Assembly (NCBI GenBank): GCA_041736175.1
Contig: JBGSUI010000193.1
Coordinates: 1 to 64,000 of the forward strand
Length of the DNA stretch: 64,000 nt
Direction of reading: 5' to 3'
From: Oligoflexales bacterium
Lineage (GTDB): Bacteria; Bdellovibrionota_B; Oligoflexia; Oligoflexales; CAIYRB01
Below, piece after piece: positions 9,537-20,158 of the stretch. Positions within the stretch are counted from its first letter, which is position 1, and each line of letters opens with the position of its first letter. The position numbers and the translations under genes were made by a program. Below the pieces are notes generated by a model, which saw only the letters and a list, made by a program, of their open reading frames with translations, made no database searches and was not told the origin of the DNA.

Positions 9537-10772
9537 CTAGCCGGATGTCCGCATGGATTTGTTTCTTGATGCGGAGGGGTCCTGAGGAGCCATCACTTTT
9601 TGGATTCTCGCCGCCGCGACGGCGGCTGCATTGCCATCGAGGGAGTCACGGAGGTCTTCGAATCGGCCTAGCATAGATTTGCGTTCGTTTTTATCCTGGA
9701 CCAACTTCACAAGCTCTGCTGCGGCCTCGTCCACTTGAAAATCTTGGATAAACTCTTTGACCACAGGGTTACCTAAAATTAAATTGACCAAACTCACGTA
9801 GGGGATTTTGACCGCTTTTTTAGCGACCTGGTAGCTTAGGTCACTCATACGGTACACCACCACCATGGGCGTCCCTAACAGAGCACACTCAAGGGTTGCC
9901 GTCCCGGACGCTACGATCGCAGCATCTGCTGCAGCCAAAGACTCTAAACTCATCCCCTTTACCATGCAGAGACTTTGGGTGACCGAATGGGACACTCCAA
10001 TCGTTTCCTGGGAGTTCTGCCAAGGGTTAAGTGATGAGCAGCCGAGAGCATTTGCAAAACAGTCTTCCCCGAGATTGGTTGCCATAGGTACCAAAAAAAT
10101 CGCGTTGGGTATCTCGTGCAGGATTCGAGTTGCCATATCCTTAATGAGCGGGAGATTAAGCATAATCTCCGAAGGTCGGCTTCCTGGAAGACAGGCAATC
10201 ACAACTTTATCCTTAGGGATTCCCAGAGTCTCCCGAGTCAACATCACTTTATCGGTACGATCTTTGATGGGACAACCCACATAGGTATAGGGTATCTGCC
10301 GGTCCTGGAAAAAAGCTGCTTCGAAAGGCAGGATCCCCAAGATCTCATCAAAAGCTGCCTTGACTTTTGGGACTCGGTTTTCTCCCCACGCCCATAGCTT
10401 AGGAGCAACATATTGAAAGACTTTAATCCCCCGCAACCGCAGCTGTTCTCCAAGGCGGATATGAAACCCTGGATTGTCAATCAACACGGCAAACCGTGGC
10501 TGCTTCCTTTCTATCTGGGTCACGATCTCCGACTCCAACATCCGCAGCTGTGGAATCTTTCCCATTACATCGGTGATGCCCATCACCCCTAGCTCACTGA
10601 TCGAGGCGATCTCTTCGACACCACTCCGCTTCATAAGTTCGCCCACGATTCCAAAAGCATTAAACTGGGGGAGTTTTTCCTGCAATGCAAGATAAAGGTC
10701 AGCACCTAGCATCTCCCCCGAGTGCTCACCGGCAGCGATAAAATAACTGGGTGCCATGGATTTCAGCGGCAA
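9537..10772 (-). CDS. lpxB: Lipid-A-disaccharide synthase
   Basis: AGEHSGE, IDNPGF, YVAPKLWAW, LPGSRPSE, ASGTATLE. The start may lie a few codons downstream. Confidence 0.95.
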   Translation of the reverse strand: MPLKSMAPSYFIAAGEHSGEMLGADLYLALQEKLPQFNAFGIVGELMKRSGVEEIASISELGVMGITDVMGKIPQLRMLESEIVTQIERKQPRFAVLIDNPGFHIRLGEQLRLRGIKVFQYVAPKLWAWGENRVPKVKAAFDEILGILPFEAAFFQDRQIPYTYVGCPIKDRTDKVMLTRETLGIPKDKVVIACLPGSRPSEIMLNLPLIKDMATRILHEIPNAIFLVPMATNLGEDCFANALGCSSLNPWQNSQETIGVSHSVTQSLCMVKGMSLESLAAADAAIVASGTATLECALLGTPMVVVYRMSDLSYQVAKKAVKIPYVSLVNLILGNPVVKEFIQDFQVDEAAAELVKLVQDKNERKSMLGRFEDLRDSLDGNAAAVAAARIQKVMAPQDPSASRNKSMRTSG

Positions 10773-11599
10773 ACTCCCCGTTCGCTAGACTTGAGAAACG
10801 CGACAAACTCCCGACGCTGGCTGCTATCTGGAATTTCGCTCTCAATCTTTGCGATACAATCATCCACTGTTAGACCTTCATTGTACAATAGCCGATAAAG
10901 GTTTTTAAAATCTTTGAGCTGCTCAGTGTTATATCCTGCCCTCTTAAGCCCGATAAGATTGAGGCCAAAGGGCTTGGCCCGGTCCCCCTGCACCGTGGTA
11001 AAGGGCGGAACATCCTGGACAACGATACTTCCCCCCGCAACCATGGCCCGGGACCCAATCCGACAGAACTGGTGGACCGCCGCAAACCCACCCATCACCA
11101 CATGGGAGCCCACATGGACATGACCTGCAAGGCTGCTATTATTGGCAAAAACAATATTGTCGGCGACTTGGCAATCGTGGGCAACATGACTAAAGACCAT
11201 AAATAGATTACGACGTCCAATGAGGGTAGTCCCCCCTCCCCCTGAACTGCCTATGGATAGGTTTACATATTGGCGGATAGAATTTTCAGGACCAATCTCT
11301 AAGATGCCCTCTTCGCCCTTAAATTTTAAATCCTGGGGAAACACTCCCACAGTGGCAAAGGGGTAGATCACGGTGCGGGCACCCACGATAGTTCGATTGG
11401 AAACCACCACATGGGATTCCAACCGTACCTGGTCTCCTAAGACCACCTTTGGACCAACAACACAATAGGGGCCTATCTTGACACCAACCCCAAGACTCGC
11501 CTTAGGATCGACGATCGCAGTAGGGTGGATCTCAACGCTCCCTGTGGAGTCTGGAAGAGGGATATCGAATAAAGTTAAATCCTGTTGTTGATGCTGCAT
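10763..11599 (-). CDS. lpxA: UDP-N-acetylglucosamine acyltransferase
   Basis: IHPTAIVD hexapeptide repeats, PQDLKFKGE, HVAHDC, VHQFCRIG. Confidence 0.96.
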   Translation of the reverse strand: MQHQQQDLTLFDIPLPDSTGSVEIHPTAIVDPKASLGVGVKIGPYCVVGPKVVLGDQVRLESHVVVSNRTIVGARTVIYPFATVGVFPQDLKFKGEEGILEIGPENSIRQYVNLSIGSSGGGGTTLIGRRNLFMVFSHVAHDCQVADNIVFANNSSLAGHVHVGSHVVMGGFAAVHQFCRIGSRAMVAGGSIVVQDVPPFTTVQGDRAKPFGLNLIGLKRAGYNTEQLKDFKNLYRLLYNEGLTVDDCIAKIESEIPDSSQRREFVAFLKSSERGVCR

Positions 11600-11671
11600 A
11601 GTCGCTTCGTTTCGTTGGCGCTCTAATATAGATTTCCAAAATCAAAAAGACTTTGGGATAACATCACCATG

Positions 11672-12142
11672 TTACTTGATAAAGGCCGAGAGTTTAACCT
11701 CTGCCGCATGCTCTCCATCCACCGTGCAAACCGCTTCGAACCAAAAAAAGGGCGGTCGCCTCTTAAGAACCGTGACTTCTAACCTTAAGACATCCCCAGG
11801 AATAATCTTACGCCGAAAACGGGCGGCAGAAACCTCGGTAAGAGCGCATACGGACAATCCATCCTCATAGGATAGGTGACCAAGGACTGCAGCTGCTTGG
11901 GCGATGGCCTCGATCACGAGCACTCCCGGAACCACCGGATTTCCAGGAAAATGCCCTTGTAAGAAGGGGTCTGAAAAAGAAATATTCTTAATGGCAACGA
12001 TTCTTTCGTGGGGGATAGCCTCCAGCACGCGATCGATCAAAAGAAAGGGATAACGATGGGGGATGCATTTTTGGATGGTTTCAATATCCATAGGAAGCTT
12101 GAAATCCATAGACGCAGCTTTTACTTGTTGTTGTCCTTCCAT
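11672..12142 (-). CDS. fabZ: 3-hydroxyacyl-ACP dehydratase
   Basis: [13 protein letters not shown] and [20 protein letters not shown]. Confidence 0.97.
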   Translation of the reverse strand: MEGQQQVKAASMDFKLPMDIETIQKCIPHRYPFLLIDRVLEAIPHERIVAIKNISFSDPFLQGHFPGNPVVPGVLVIEAIAQAAAVLGHLSYEDGLSVCALTEVSAARFRRKIIPGDVLRLEVTVLKRRPPFFWFEAVCTVDGEHAAEVKLSAFIK

Positions 12143-12155
12143 GATTCGAGACCAC

Positions 12156-12755
12156 CTATTTTTTAGTCACTGGTTGTTGGGGGGAAGGATGCTTCCCATA
12201 TTCCGCAATGACCGCTTGGGTCAAGTCCACTGGGGAATCAAGAAATAAAAGTCCTGCACTATTGGTCTCAAACACCGCCACCAGCTTGCGGCTCTTGGCG
12301 ATGGAATCAACCAGCTGGGTGACTTTAATGGCTATCTGTTGGGTGGCTTTTTGTTCTTTTCGTTTGATATCTGCCTGGTATTCCATTTCGGCATTGCGCA
12401 GTGCCAAAAATTTTTCTTGAAACTCGGTTTGCTTTTTCATCCGAGCATCTTCGGAGAGCAGGGGAGCTTGGTCTTTCCAATCTTTATTCATCTTGTCCAG
12501 TTGCTCTTTTTGTTTGAGCAGCTCGCTCTCTTTACCTTTGATTTCAGTCTCCAGCTGGGCTCGCGCTTTTTTGCCCTCTTCGACATTTAGGATCACCTGC
12601 TGCATATCGATCACCCCAATCCGTCCCGGTGCCACGGCCCCTTGCTGGGCAAAGGATTTTGGGGCGCCTAAGGATCCCAGCATCCCAGCCATCACCACAA
12701 AGGCTCCTTGCTTTAACCGACTCTCCACAAAAGTATGCCCCTTCGATCGACCCAT
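12156..12755 (-). CDS. skp: OmpH/Skp periplasmic chaperone
   Basis: IGVIDMQQVI, long coiled coil, VDLTQAVI; follows bamA. GGAGG RBS precedes ATG 12755; the longer ORF call overlaps bamA. Confidence 0.9.
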   Translation of the reverse strand: MGRSKGHTFVESRLKQGAFVVMAGMLGSLGAPKSFAQQGAVAPGRIGVIDMQQVILNVEEGKKARAQLETEIKGKESELLKQKEQLDKMNKDWKDQAPLLSEDARMKKQTEFQEKFLALRNAEMEYQADIKRKEQKATQQIAIKVTQLVDSIAKSRKLVAVFETNSAGLLFLDSPVDLTQAVIAEYGKHPSPQQPVTKK

Positions 12756-12795
12756 TCCCACGTCCTCCCCAATAAGATGATAAGCTATCGTCTCC

Positions 12796-15186
12796 TCAAT
12801 AGCCGATATTAAAGACCAGTTCAGGATCCCCAAGTCTACCGTCTTCCAGCGGGTAGGCCCACTCAAACCGGAAGGGTGCGATGGGAGTGATCCAGCGGAA
12901 TCCAAAGCCCACATCCCGGTAAAAGCCACCAAACGTGATGGGCTCATTGTCGTCATAGACTCGACCAATATCACCAAAGAGCAGTGCTTTGATATTAGCT
13001 TCGGGTATAAGCGGCGCGAAATATTCTATGCTATAGTGCATTTTTTTATCGCCCCCTCGGATGATGGACGAGGCCTTTCCTCCCGGCACCCGCATAACGC
13101 TGTACCGTGGCCCAATGGGATTTTTCCGATAGGCTCTTAAGTCATAATCCGATCCTAGTCGGTAACGCTCGGCAAAAGGGACTGGCTGGTCACCAAAGGG
13201 ATAGATATAAGAAACATGTCCCCGGAGTTTAAAGTAGGTTCTATAGGTGTCACTCATATCGATAGGATAATAATAAGTCGCATCTGCCGAAGACTCAAAA
13301 AACTGCTGGTCACCCCGTAGCAGCGACCCTCCGGTCACATTCTGACTTAAGACCACCTCCGATCCTTCCGTAGGATCGATATAGTTATCTACGTCCGTCC
13401 TTAAAAGGCTAAAGATCATACTAGAGGCGATCCCATCCTTTTTTAAGAAATCAGGGAGATACACATCCCCCACATCCGTCGTTAACTTTTGCAGCTTATA
13501 GGTGATCCGGCCCCTGATCAGTTCGACCAACTTGCGCCCGATAAAGACGCTACCCCCAAAACGGCGCTCCTTAATCATTTCGTCTTCGCCAAGGATAATT
13601 CGTATTTGCTGTTGGCGCAAAAACAGGGAGGTCCCTGCAGCCCAATCAGAGTCATTGAGCCTAGGATTGGTAAAGCCCAGGTCTAAGTCGTAATCCTCCT
13701 CGCCGTTCCATTTAAGCTGAAGGTTGGTGGTCCACCCTTTACCCGATTGGTTTTTTTCTTCGTAGCGGCTTTGGACAGTAAAAGAACTCCCTCCCCGGTC
13801 GGGACTCCCTGGAGAATAACCAAACGAGGCGGATAATTGGCCTGTAGGCTTTTCTTTGACTTTGATTTTGAGGTTAAGGAGGTTTTGTTGGTTGAGATCA
13901 CGCTCTTTGAGGACCTGCACCTCTTCAAAGTAACCCAGTCGATTGATATTGTTTTTAGTGTTGGTAAGCCCCGTGCCATGATAGAGCTCGCTATCCGCCA
14001 CTTCAAACTCCCGACGAATCACATTGTCGCGGGTTTTTGAATTGCCGATAATCGTCATGGTGCCGAAATACACCTTTTCACCCTTGGTGATATTATAGGT
14101 GATATGCACCACCCGTTTATCACGGTCGTTGATCACCTGGGGATCCACATCCACATAGGCGTAGCCAAGATCTCCGTATTTATCCACCAACATCTCGATG
14201 TCTCGGGTAAACCGGGAGTAGCGAAACAGCTCCCCCGGTTTGAGTTTCATGGCTTCCAGCAGCTCTTCCTTTGTAAACAGCAAGTCGCCTTTAACGTCGA
14301 TACTGCCCACATCAAACTGAAGCCCCTCTTCCACTTGAAAAGTCAACCGGGCAAAACTGCGGTCCTCATCGAGAAACTGCATGGGCTTGGAGACTTTGAC
14401 TTCAGCAAAGCCATGGTCCCGATAAAGAAATCCTAGATACTCGCCATCCCGCTTAAGCAGATCTGCTTGAAATAGAGAACTCCCCCCGTAGGCAGCTCCT
14501 CGCGTATAGGGCCGAGAAGCAAATCCCATATAGTCATTAAGAATCTGGGTATCTGTGAAAAACTTGTTGCCTAAGATATCAACCTGCCCCACAAGGACCT
14601 TTCCGCCTTCGTCCACGTGAAACGTCAGTTCCACCTCGGTAGGACTCTTGGGTGTGAGGGTATAGGTCGCTTTGACGAGATAGAAGCCCTTCTCTGAGTA
14701 TTGCTTTTCGATCATACGAACATCGGTCGTGATCGTTGCTTCGTTGACGATCGTATAGAGTTTGGTCTCTAACTTTTCTTTGAGGGTATCCTCTGTGATC
14801 TCGTCGTTTCCCTTAAAGGCGATCGAGACGATGGCGGGTTTTTCTTTGACTTCAATCATCAACCGGATTCCACCCGCCACAGGTTCTTTATAGATCCGAA
14901 TATCAGAAAAATACCCTAGCTCGTAAAGGGTCTTTATGTCTTGTCTTATAAGATCGGAGCTAAACGGGGATGATTTTCGAGTTTTAAGGAGGGTCACAAT
15001 CGCGTCGCTTTCCACTTTGGCGTTGCCACGAACCCTGATGTCTTGGACCAACGGTCCATTCTCTGCCCTGGTCCGGAGTTTCGGTTGGGGCTGCGGTGCG
15101 AGCTGTGCAAAGGCAAAGTCCTGTCCAGCGAAGCTTAAAATCCACGTGGTCAGAAATTTAAACAAAAGGATATGAATCGTCTTCAA
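12796..15186 (-). CDS. bamA: Outer membrane protein assembly factor BamA
   Basis: POTRA repeats (IRVRGNAKV, GNSKTRDNVIRRE, RLGYFEEV) and barrel end GFGFRWITPIAPFRFEWAYP. Confidence 0.96.
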   Translation of the reverse strand: MKTIHILLFKFLTTWILSFAGQDFAFAQLAPQPQPKLRTRAENGPLVQDIRVRGNAKVESDAIVTLLKTRKSSPFSSDLIRQDIKTLYELGYFSDIRIYKEPVAGGIRLMIEVKEKPAIVSIAFKGNDEITEDTLKEKLETKLYTIVNEATITTDVRMIEKQYSEKGFYLVKATYTLTPKSPTEVELTFHVDEGGKVLVGQVDILGNKFFTDTQILNDYMGFASRPYTRGAAYGGSSLFQADLLKRDGEYLGFLYRDHGFAEVKVSKPMQFLDEDRSFARLTFQVEEGLQFDVGSIDVKGDLLFTKEELLEAMKLKPGELFRYSRFTRDIEMLVDKYGDLGYAYVDVDPQVINDRDKRVVHITYNITKGEKVYFGTMTIIGNSKTRDNVIRREFEVADSELYHGTGLTNTKNNINRLGYFEEVQVLKERDLNQQNLLNLKIKVKEKPTGQLSASFGYSPGSPDRGGSSFTVQSRYEEKNQSGKGWTTNLQLKWNGEEDYDLDLGFTNPRLNDSDWAAGTSLFLRQQQIRIILGEDEMIKERRFGGSVFIGRKLVELIRGRITYKLQKLTTDVGDVYLPDFLKKDGIASSMIFSLLRTDVDNYIDPTEGSEVVLSQNVTGGSLLRGDQQFFESSADATYYYPIDMSDTYRTYFKLRGHVSYIYPFGDQPVPFAERYRLGSDYDLRAYRKNPIGPRYSVMRVPGGKASSIIRGGDKKMHYSIEYFAPLIPEANIKALLFGDIGRVYDDNEPITFGGFYRDVGFGFRWITPIAPFRFEWAYPLEDGRLGDPELVFNIGY

Positions 15187-15920
15187 TGTTGGTCGCTCCC
15201 GTTCATGACCCGACCATCTTCAATCACAACTTGCATAGGCATTCTCTTGGCAAGATCCAAGTCGTGAGTGACGAGAAGCATCGTGACTTTGTTTTCGCTA
15301 CAAATTTGCATAAGGAGCTCCTGGATAGACAAGCTTGTCTTATAGTCCAGGTTTCCCGTTGGTTCGTCTGCCAAAAGTATCGGTGGAGCCATTAAAAGAG
15401 CCCGCGCGATGGCGACCCGTTGCTGCTCGCCCCCCGACAGTTCGCCGGGTCGATGATCCACCCGGTGACCAAGCCCGACCGCTTTGAGGAGTCGGATGGC
15501 TCGCTCTGCCACTTGAGGCTTTGGGGCTCCCGAGATCAGCCCGGGCAGCATAACATTTTCCATGGCAGAAAACTCATGCAGGAGGCTGTTCATTTGAAAG
15601 ACAAACCCTACCGAAGAATTGCGGAACCGGGAAGCCTCCATATCCGTGAACTGGGAGACATCCGTGCCGTTGAGGATCACCTGACCGGAAGTGGGTCGGT
15701 CCAGAGTCCCTAAGATATGCATAAGAGTTGACTTGCCTGCACCCGATTTACCTGTCACCGCAACGATGCTCCCTGGGATGACTTCTAGGTCGACACCCCT
15801 TAGGGCTTCCACCTGGTGCTCCGCTATTTGATAGGTCTTACGAACCCCACGGGCGATGATCCCCTTGGGTAGAATCCGGCTCTCTTCGGGTCCATTTTGC
15901 ACTGGCAATTCCAACCTCAT
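15183..15920 (-). CDS. lolD: Lipoprotein-releasing ABC transporter ATPase
   Basis: [40 protein letters not shown]; adjacent to lolC/E. Confidence 0.93.
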   Translation of the reverse strand: MRLELPVQNGPEESRILPKGIIARGVRKTYQIAEHQVEALRGVDLEVIPGSIVAVTGKSGAGKSTLMHILGTLDRPTSGQVILNGTDVSQFTDMEASRFRNSSVGFVFQMNSLLHEFSAMENVMLPGLISGAPKPQVAERAIRLLKAVGLGHRVDHRPGELSGGEQQRVAIARALLMAPPILLADEPTGNLDYKTSLSIQELLMQICSENKVTMLLVTHDLDLAKRMPMQVVIEDGRVMNGSDQH

Positions 15921-15947
15921 CTACCCTAGGGGCTTTGATCCCCGTCG

Positions 15948-17471
15948 TTACAAATACCGCAGTCCCTGTCCCGGATCTTGCCGCGCCGCTATCATGGCCG
16001 GGTAAGTGGATGCCAGCAAGCTCAAAAACCATGCGGCAACACAGATCACCCCATAATCGAACCACAGCCATTTGCATGGCAAAGACCGCAGATGATAGAT
16101 CCCTTTTGGAAGTTCCACAAACTGAAAGCCCGTGATCAGCAGGCAGATAAGCAATCCAAAAAGCAGTCCCACCAGGACTCCAACCGTCCCAATGGTCACC
16201 CCATGGGCTAAGAAAAGCCGTGCCGTCTCTTTTTGGCTCATACCCAAACAGCGCAACAAGCTCACCTGCCCCCTCTTGTGAAAGACCGTCATCATCATGG
16301 TTCCGCTGATGGAGAATCCAGCCACCACTACAATAAGCATCATGATGGATCCCATTGCAAATTTTTCTAGTTTCAGGGCAAAAAGCAATGACTTATTCGC
16401 ACGGTCCCAGGTGAGGGGATCCAAATCTTCGATTCCATTGACTTCCACGGAGGCTGCCACCTCGGGTTTTTTGGCCACCCTGGCTCCAGAAGCCGCACCC
16501 TTTACCGGAGCGGGGATGTCCAATTCAAAGACCTCAGCCCCAAACACCCTCTTCACGGGATCCCTGATCTCTAGGGGTTTTGGGAAATTGAGGGCAATAC
16601 CTGATACATATTTGTCGGCCTCGAGGCTATCGTCGAAGTCAGCCATAAAACGCCTGCCTTCGCTGAGGCTGACCACAGCCCATTTGGCGTCGTAGTTAAA
16701 TAGTCCAGTCCTAAACTTGCCGATGACCACGTACCGGCGCGACACCGTCCCTCCACCGAGAGCCGTTTCCACACCCGCTTGGGGGGAGAGCACGACGATT
16801 TCGTCTCCGATCTCAGCTGAAAGCTGCTCTGCCAGCCCTTCTCCTAGGGCGATCCCTGGCCTTCTTTCGGAAGATTCGATGGCACCGTTGATAGGGTGTT
16901 CCCGTGCAAGCTCCCCCAGGTCACCCTCGGTCATGGCCTTACCAAAGCCCCACAGGTGCTCTTTGCGATCAGCATCTACCCCAAACAATATCGCTGAGGT
17001 AAGATGGCGCTTTTGCTTGAGGACCACATCGCCTTCCGTATAAGGCTGGATATCGAGAGCTTCTGGAAAAAGCTCTTTGATCTTTTCTAAAGTGATCTTT
17101 TTAAGACTATACCCGGCAATGGGGCTATGTTTATTAAGCAGCTCAAGGTGGGGCTGACCTCGCAGCATTTTGTCTTTGAGATCCTGTTCAAACCCGCCCA
17201 TCACCGATAGGACGATGATCAGCGCTGCGACTCCGATGGCCACCCCCCCAATGGACACCATGGTCATAAAGGAGAGGCCCGCCTTACGCTTGCGCGCGGT
17301 CATCTGCCTCCAAGCCATCCATGCGATATATCGTCCACCTTGTTTTCTCACAAAAAACCCATCGAAAAGCTTTTTAAATTCGTAACTGAAAGATTTGCTA
17401 ACCAACCTCCTAGGAGACCAGTGCCTTAATTGCACCCATAATAGGTTGCCTTCTGCAAAGATTTCAACCAT
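15948..17471 (-). CDS. lolC: Lipoprotein-releasing ABC transporter permease (LolC/E family)
   Basis: GVAIGVAALIIVLSVMGGFEQDL, NKSLLFALKLEK and C-terminal YPA..AA..DP..LRY. Exact start uncertain. Confidence 0.88.
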   Translation of the reverse strand: MVEIFAEGNLLWVQLRHWSPRRLVSKSFSYEFKKLFDGFFVRKQGGRYIAWMAWRQMTARKRKAGLSFMTMVSIGGVAIGVAALIIVLSVMGGFEQDLKDKMLRGQPHLELLNKHSPIAGYSLKKITLEKIKELFPEALDIQPYTEGDVVLKQKRHLTSAILFGVDADRKEHLWGFGKAMTEGDLGELAREHPINGAIESSERRPGIALGEGLAEQLSAEIGDEIVVLSPQAGVETALGGGTVSRRYVVIGKFRTGLFNYDAKWAVVSLSEGRRFMADFDDSLEADKYVSGIALNFPKPLEIRDPVKRVFGAEVFELDIPAPVKGAASGARVAKKPEVAASVEVNGIEDLDPLTWDRANKSLLFALKLEKFAMGSIMMLIVVVAGFSISGTMMMTVFHKRGQVSLLRCLGMSQKETARLFLAHGVTIGTVGVLVGLLFGLLICLLITGFQFVELPKGIYHLRSLPCKWLWFDYGVICVAAWFLSLLASTYPAMIAARQDPGQGLRYL

Positions 17472-17559
17472 AGTAAATGATCACAGGCCTAAATAATCTC
17501 AATATCATTTTCGAACATAAGTTTCCCTTAAGCCTAAGGCATACCATAAGGAGTTCTTC

Positions 17560-18717
17560 ATGAAGATGGCTTTTGCGCTCAGACCTTACCGATTGTTGCT
17601 TGCTGCTACGTTGGCCGTAAGCCCTTTGCTTGTGAACTGCTCGGATGACGAGTCAGATCCCACAGCAGTGGCCTTGGACGAACTCAAGTTCGCCTTTGGC
17701 CTCAGGATCCAAGACCAAGGCAACGGCAATATCCGCCTCTGGTGGAGTGGGGCCAACAACGAAGCAGACTTTTCCGGATACAATATCTACGGGGTCAAGG
17801 ACAACGCGACTGTTGCTGCTAAGGCGGGATCCGTGATCCAGCTCCTAGACGATGCCGGTGAACCCATCGCGGCTGGCAAAGACCTTTTGTCCAAGATGGC
17901 CTATAACGGCAAGGACTGGGAGACCCCCGGGACCGAAAAAAGAGAAGACGACCAAGTCGGCTACTATCCTTTCTACAAAGATAAAACCATCCTCCCCAGC
18001 TGTATCCCCCAAGGGGATAAAAAAGAGTGTAAGGTAGGCACCAAGGCGACCTCCGCGGTCACCCTCAATGGAATGGCTTATACGGACCTCACAGGACTCA
18101 AGCCAGGGGGACAATACTGCTTTGTGGTGGTTTCGACCTTAGACGAAGCCACTAAAATCTCCTCTTCGACCTCTGAAGTAGCCTGCGTGGTGCCGCGCTC
18201 GATCGTTAAAGACCTTGCCGTCACGGTGACGGATGGTTTTAAAAACCCCACGACCCTTGACCTCACAGCCCTGCGCACGGCCTGTGCTAAGGGAGTGGCA
18301 GATTGCAAAATCACTCCCGCATCGGCAACAGGGATTACCGACTGCAAAACGACACCCGGACTTTGCATCGAATACGGTACTTCAACCCTGCACTTTAACG
18401 GCAACGAAAAAACCGCCGTTCAAGATTTAGGCTATTATACTGGTGGTATCAGTCCCGAAGCGATCGAGGACGACAACTTTCCCATGTACTACAAACTCAC
18501 CAAGTTTGGAGATGTCCAAAATCTTGACGGCTACTCCATCCCCGGCCAATCCCTCCCCCTCCAAAACAAACATGTCTATGCGATCGCCACAGCCGCCAAT
18601 GACGCCAAAACCTCCTTTTATTACGATCTGATTTATGTGACCAAGCTTACAGAAACCGCAAGTGGTGCAGCAAATACCCTTACCCTTGAGATTCGCGTCG
18701 CCAACAAAGCTGAGTAA
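17560..18717 (+). CDS. Cys-rich lipoprotein with split Fn3-like domain (paralog 1)
   Basis: AGGAG RBS; lipobox LVNC; IRLWWSG..DFSGYNIY ... LTGLKPGGQYCFVVVS. Confidence 0.8.
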   Translation: MKMAFALRPYRLLLAATLAVSPLLVNCSDDESDPTAVALDELKFAFGLRIQDQGNGNIRLWWSGANNEADFSGYNIYGVKDNATVAAKAGSVIQLLDDAGEPIAAGKDLLSKMAYNGKDWETPGTEKREDDQVGYYPFYKDKTILPSCIPQGDKKECKVGTKATSAVTLNGMAYTDLTGLKPGGQYCFVVVSTLDEATKISSSTSEVACVVPRSIVKDLAVTVTDGFKNPTTLDLTALRTACAKGVADCKITPASATGITDCKTTPGLCIEYGTSTLHFNGNEKTAVQDLGYYTGGISPEAIEDDNFPMYYKLTKFGDVQNLDGYSIPGQSLPLQNKHVYAIATAANDAKTSFYYDLIYVTKLTETASGAANTLTLEIRVANKAE

Positions 18718-18753
18718 CCAAAAATACACCAAATATCAGAGGAGATAGACCTT

Positions 18754-20076
18754 ATGCTTTTTAAACTTTGGACCCGAAAAACCCAAGTTACAACCTTCAT
18801 TTCAACACTCGTCTTGCCCGCGACCTTAGGTCTCTTTGGCTGCGACGGCGACACCACTGACCCCGCGACCGCTGGGATCGATGACCTTAACCCCCCAGGA
18901 GACGTGGTCTCCATCACCCGCGACGGCAAGATCGAACTCCGCTGGTCCGCTGGCAACGTAGAAGAAGACTTCAAGGGCTATTATGTCTTTGGAATCAAAA
19001 AAGCTGACTACGATGCGAAAGCTAAGGGCAAAGCCACCTATCCAAAAGGCAAGGCCAACCCCGAAGTGGCTGGAATCCCCCGTTGCAAAGACAACTCCGC
19101 CTTTTTCGAGGCCTTTGGCCTGCCTAAGTCTGAAACCGACTGTGAGGGTGCCCCGGAAGAAACCGCTGCAACTTCGACCGGAACTAAGTTGACAGCAGAT
19201 ACACCAACGGATGCTGCTGCCGAAAAGCTGACTGGCTTTTTATCCTGTGACGAAGAAAAAGCCAACACCACCCCATCACGGCCACGACCGGCTGACAATA
19301 AGCCCGTGGTCACGCCCCAAACCTGTACGGTTTCCAAACTTGCGGACAAAGATAAGACGGCCCTGGCCAATGGCACGACCTATGCTTTTGTCGTGGTTGC
19401 CGTAGCAGATGATGATTTTAGTAAGATTAGCTGGACCTCCAAAGTGATCTTTGACACTCCTTCGGCCACTGTGCTTGCCAACGCCACTGATAAAGCTAAG
19501 CCCTATGAATTGACCTTCCCAGCCTTTACGAGCACTGATAGCAAAAAGTTTAAGATCACCCTGGATCCAACAACGAGCAAGGCCACTCTAGGAGCCATCG
19601 AAGATTGTAGTGGAGCCACGGATTCTGAACCCTGCTCAGCTCTTTCTAAAAAGAACGGCCTTAGCACGGCGACTTCTGATATTTATATCAGTCGAAACGC
19701 CGTAGGCACTTACCTCCAGAGGCTTTATATCTCCGCACCGGCAGGTGGCTCGGTGATCATCCAACCCCGAGGCCCCCAAACCTACGATCCCTTCAAAGCC
19801 GAAAAGACGGCTGATGGTCGGATCCCTGGCGATGCTGCTGCTAAAGAATTCCCTACTACAGAATTCGGCACCAAATATGTGATCTACAACAACCAAATCT
19901 TTGATCTAGAGATCACCAAAAGCAACGTCAAATACTACGGCAAGGTCTTTATCGGCGACGTGACCTATGGAACGGGAACTGGCAGTGCTATGACCGCAAC
20001 GGTTAAAATAAACGTGGTCCTCCAACCGGGCGCTGGAATCAAACACTACGCCCTAGAGCCAAAAGCCCTTGATTAA
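18754..20076 (+). CDS. Cys-rich lipoprotein with split Fn3-like domain (paralog 2)
   Basis: GAGGAG RBS; lipobox LFGC; IELRWSA..DFKGYYVF ... LANGTTYAFVVVAV. Confidence 0.8.
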   Translation: MLFKLWTRKTQVTTFISTLVLPATLGLFGCDGDTTDPATAGIDDLNPPGDVVSITRDGKIELRWSAGNVEEDFKGYYVFGIKKADYDAKAKGKATYPKGKANPEVAGIPRCKDNSAFFEAFGLPKSETDCEGAPEETAATSTGTKLTADTPTDAAAEKLTGFLSCDEEKANTTPSRPRPADNKPVVTPQTCTVSKLADKDKTALANGTTYAFVVVAVADDDFSKISWTSKVIFDTPSATVLANATDKAKPYELTFPAFTSTDSKKFKITLDPTTSKATLGAIEDCSGATDSEPCSALSKKNGLSTATSDIYISRNAVGTYLQRLYISAPAGGSVIIQPRGPQTYDPFKAEKTADGRIPGDAAAKEFPTTEFGTKYVIYNNQIFDLEITKSNVKYYGKVFIGDVTYGTGTGSAMTATVKINVVLQPGAGIKHYALEPKALD

Positions 20077-20123
20077 AGCGACCCTGGGATTTTAAAGCCC
20101 CCTTTGCTCCTATTTAGCACAAG

Positions 20124-20158
20124 AAAACCCCATCCCCCTGTGGATGGGGTTTTTGTTT
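20124..20158 (+). terminator. Rho-independent terminator
   Basis: AAAACCCCATCC-6 nt loop-GGATGGGGTTTT followed by a T-rich tail, downstream of the lipoprotein pair. Confidence 0.85.

Noticed and set aside
12756..12977. N-terminal extension of the skp ORF
   Set aside because: It overlaps the bamA 3' end, and an RBS supports the start at 12755.
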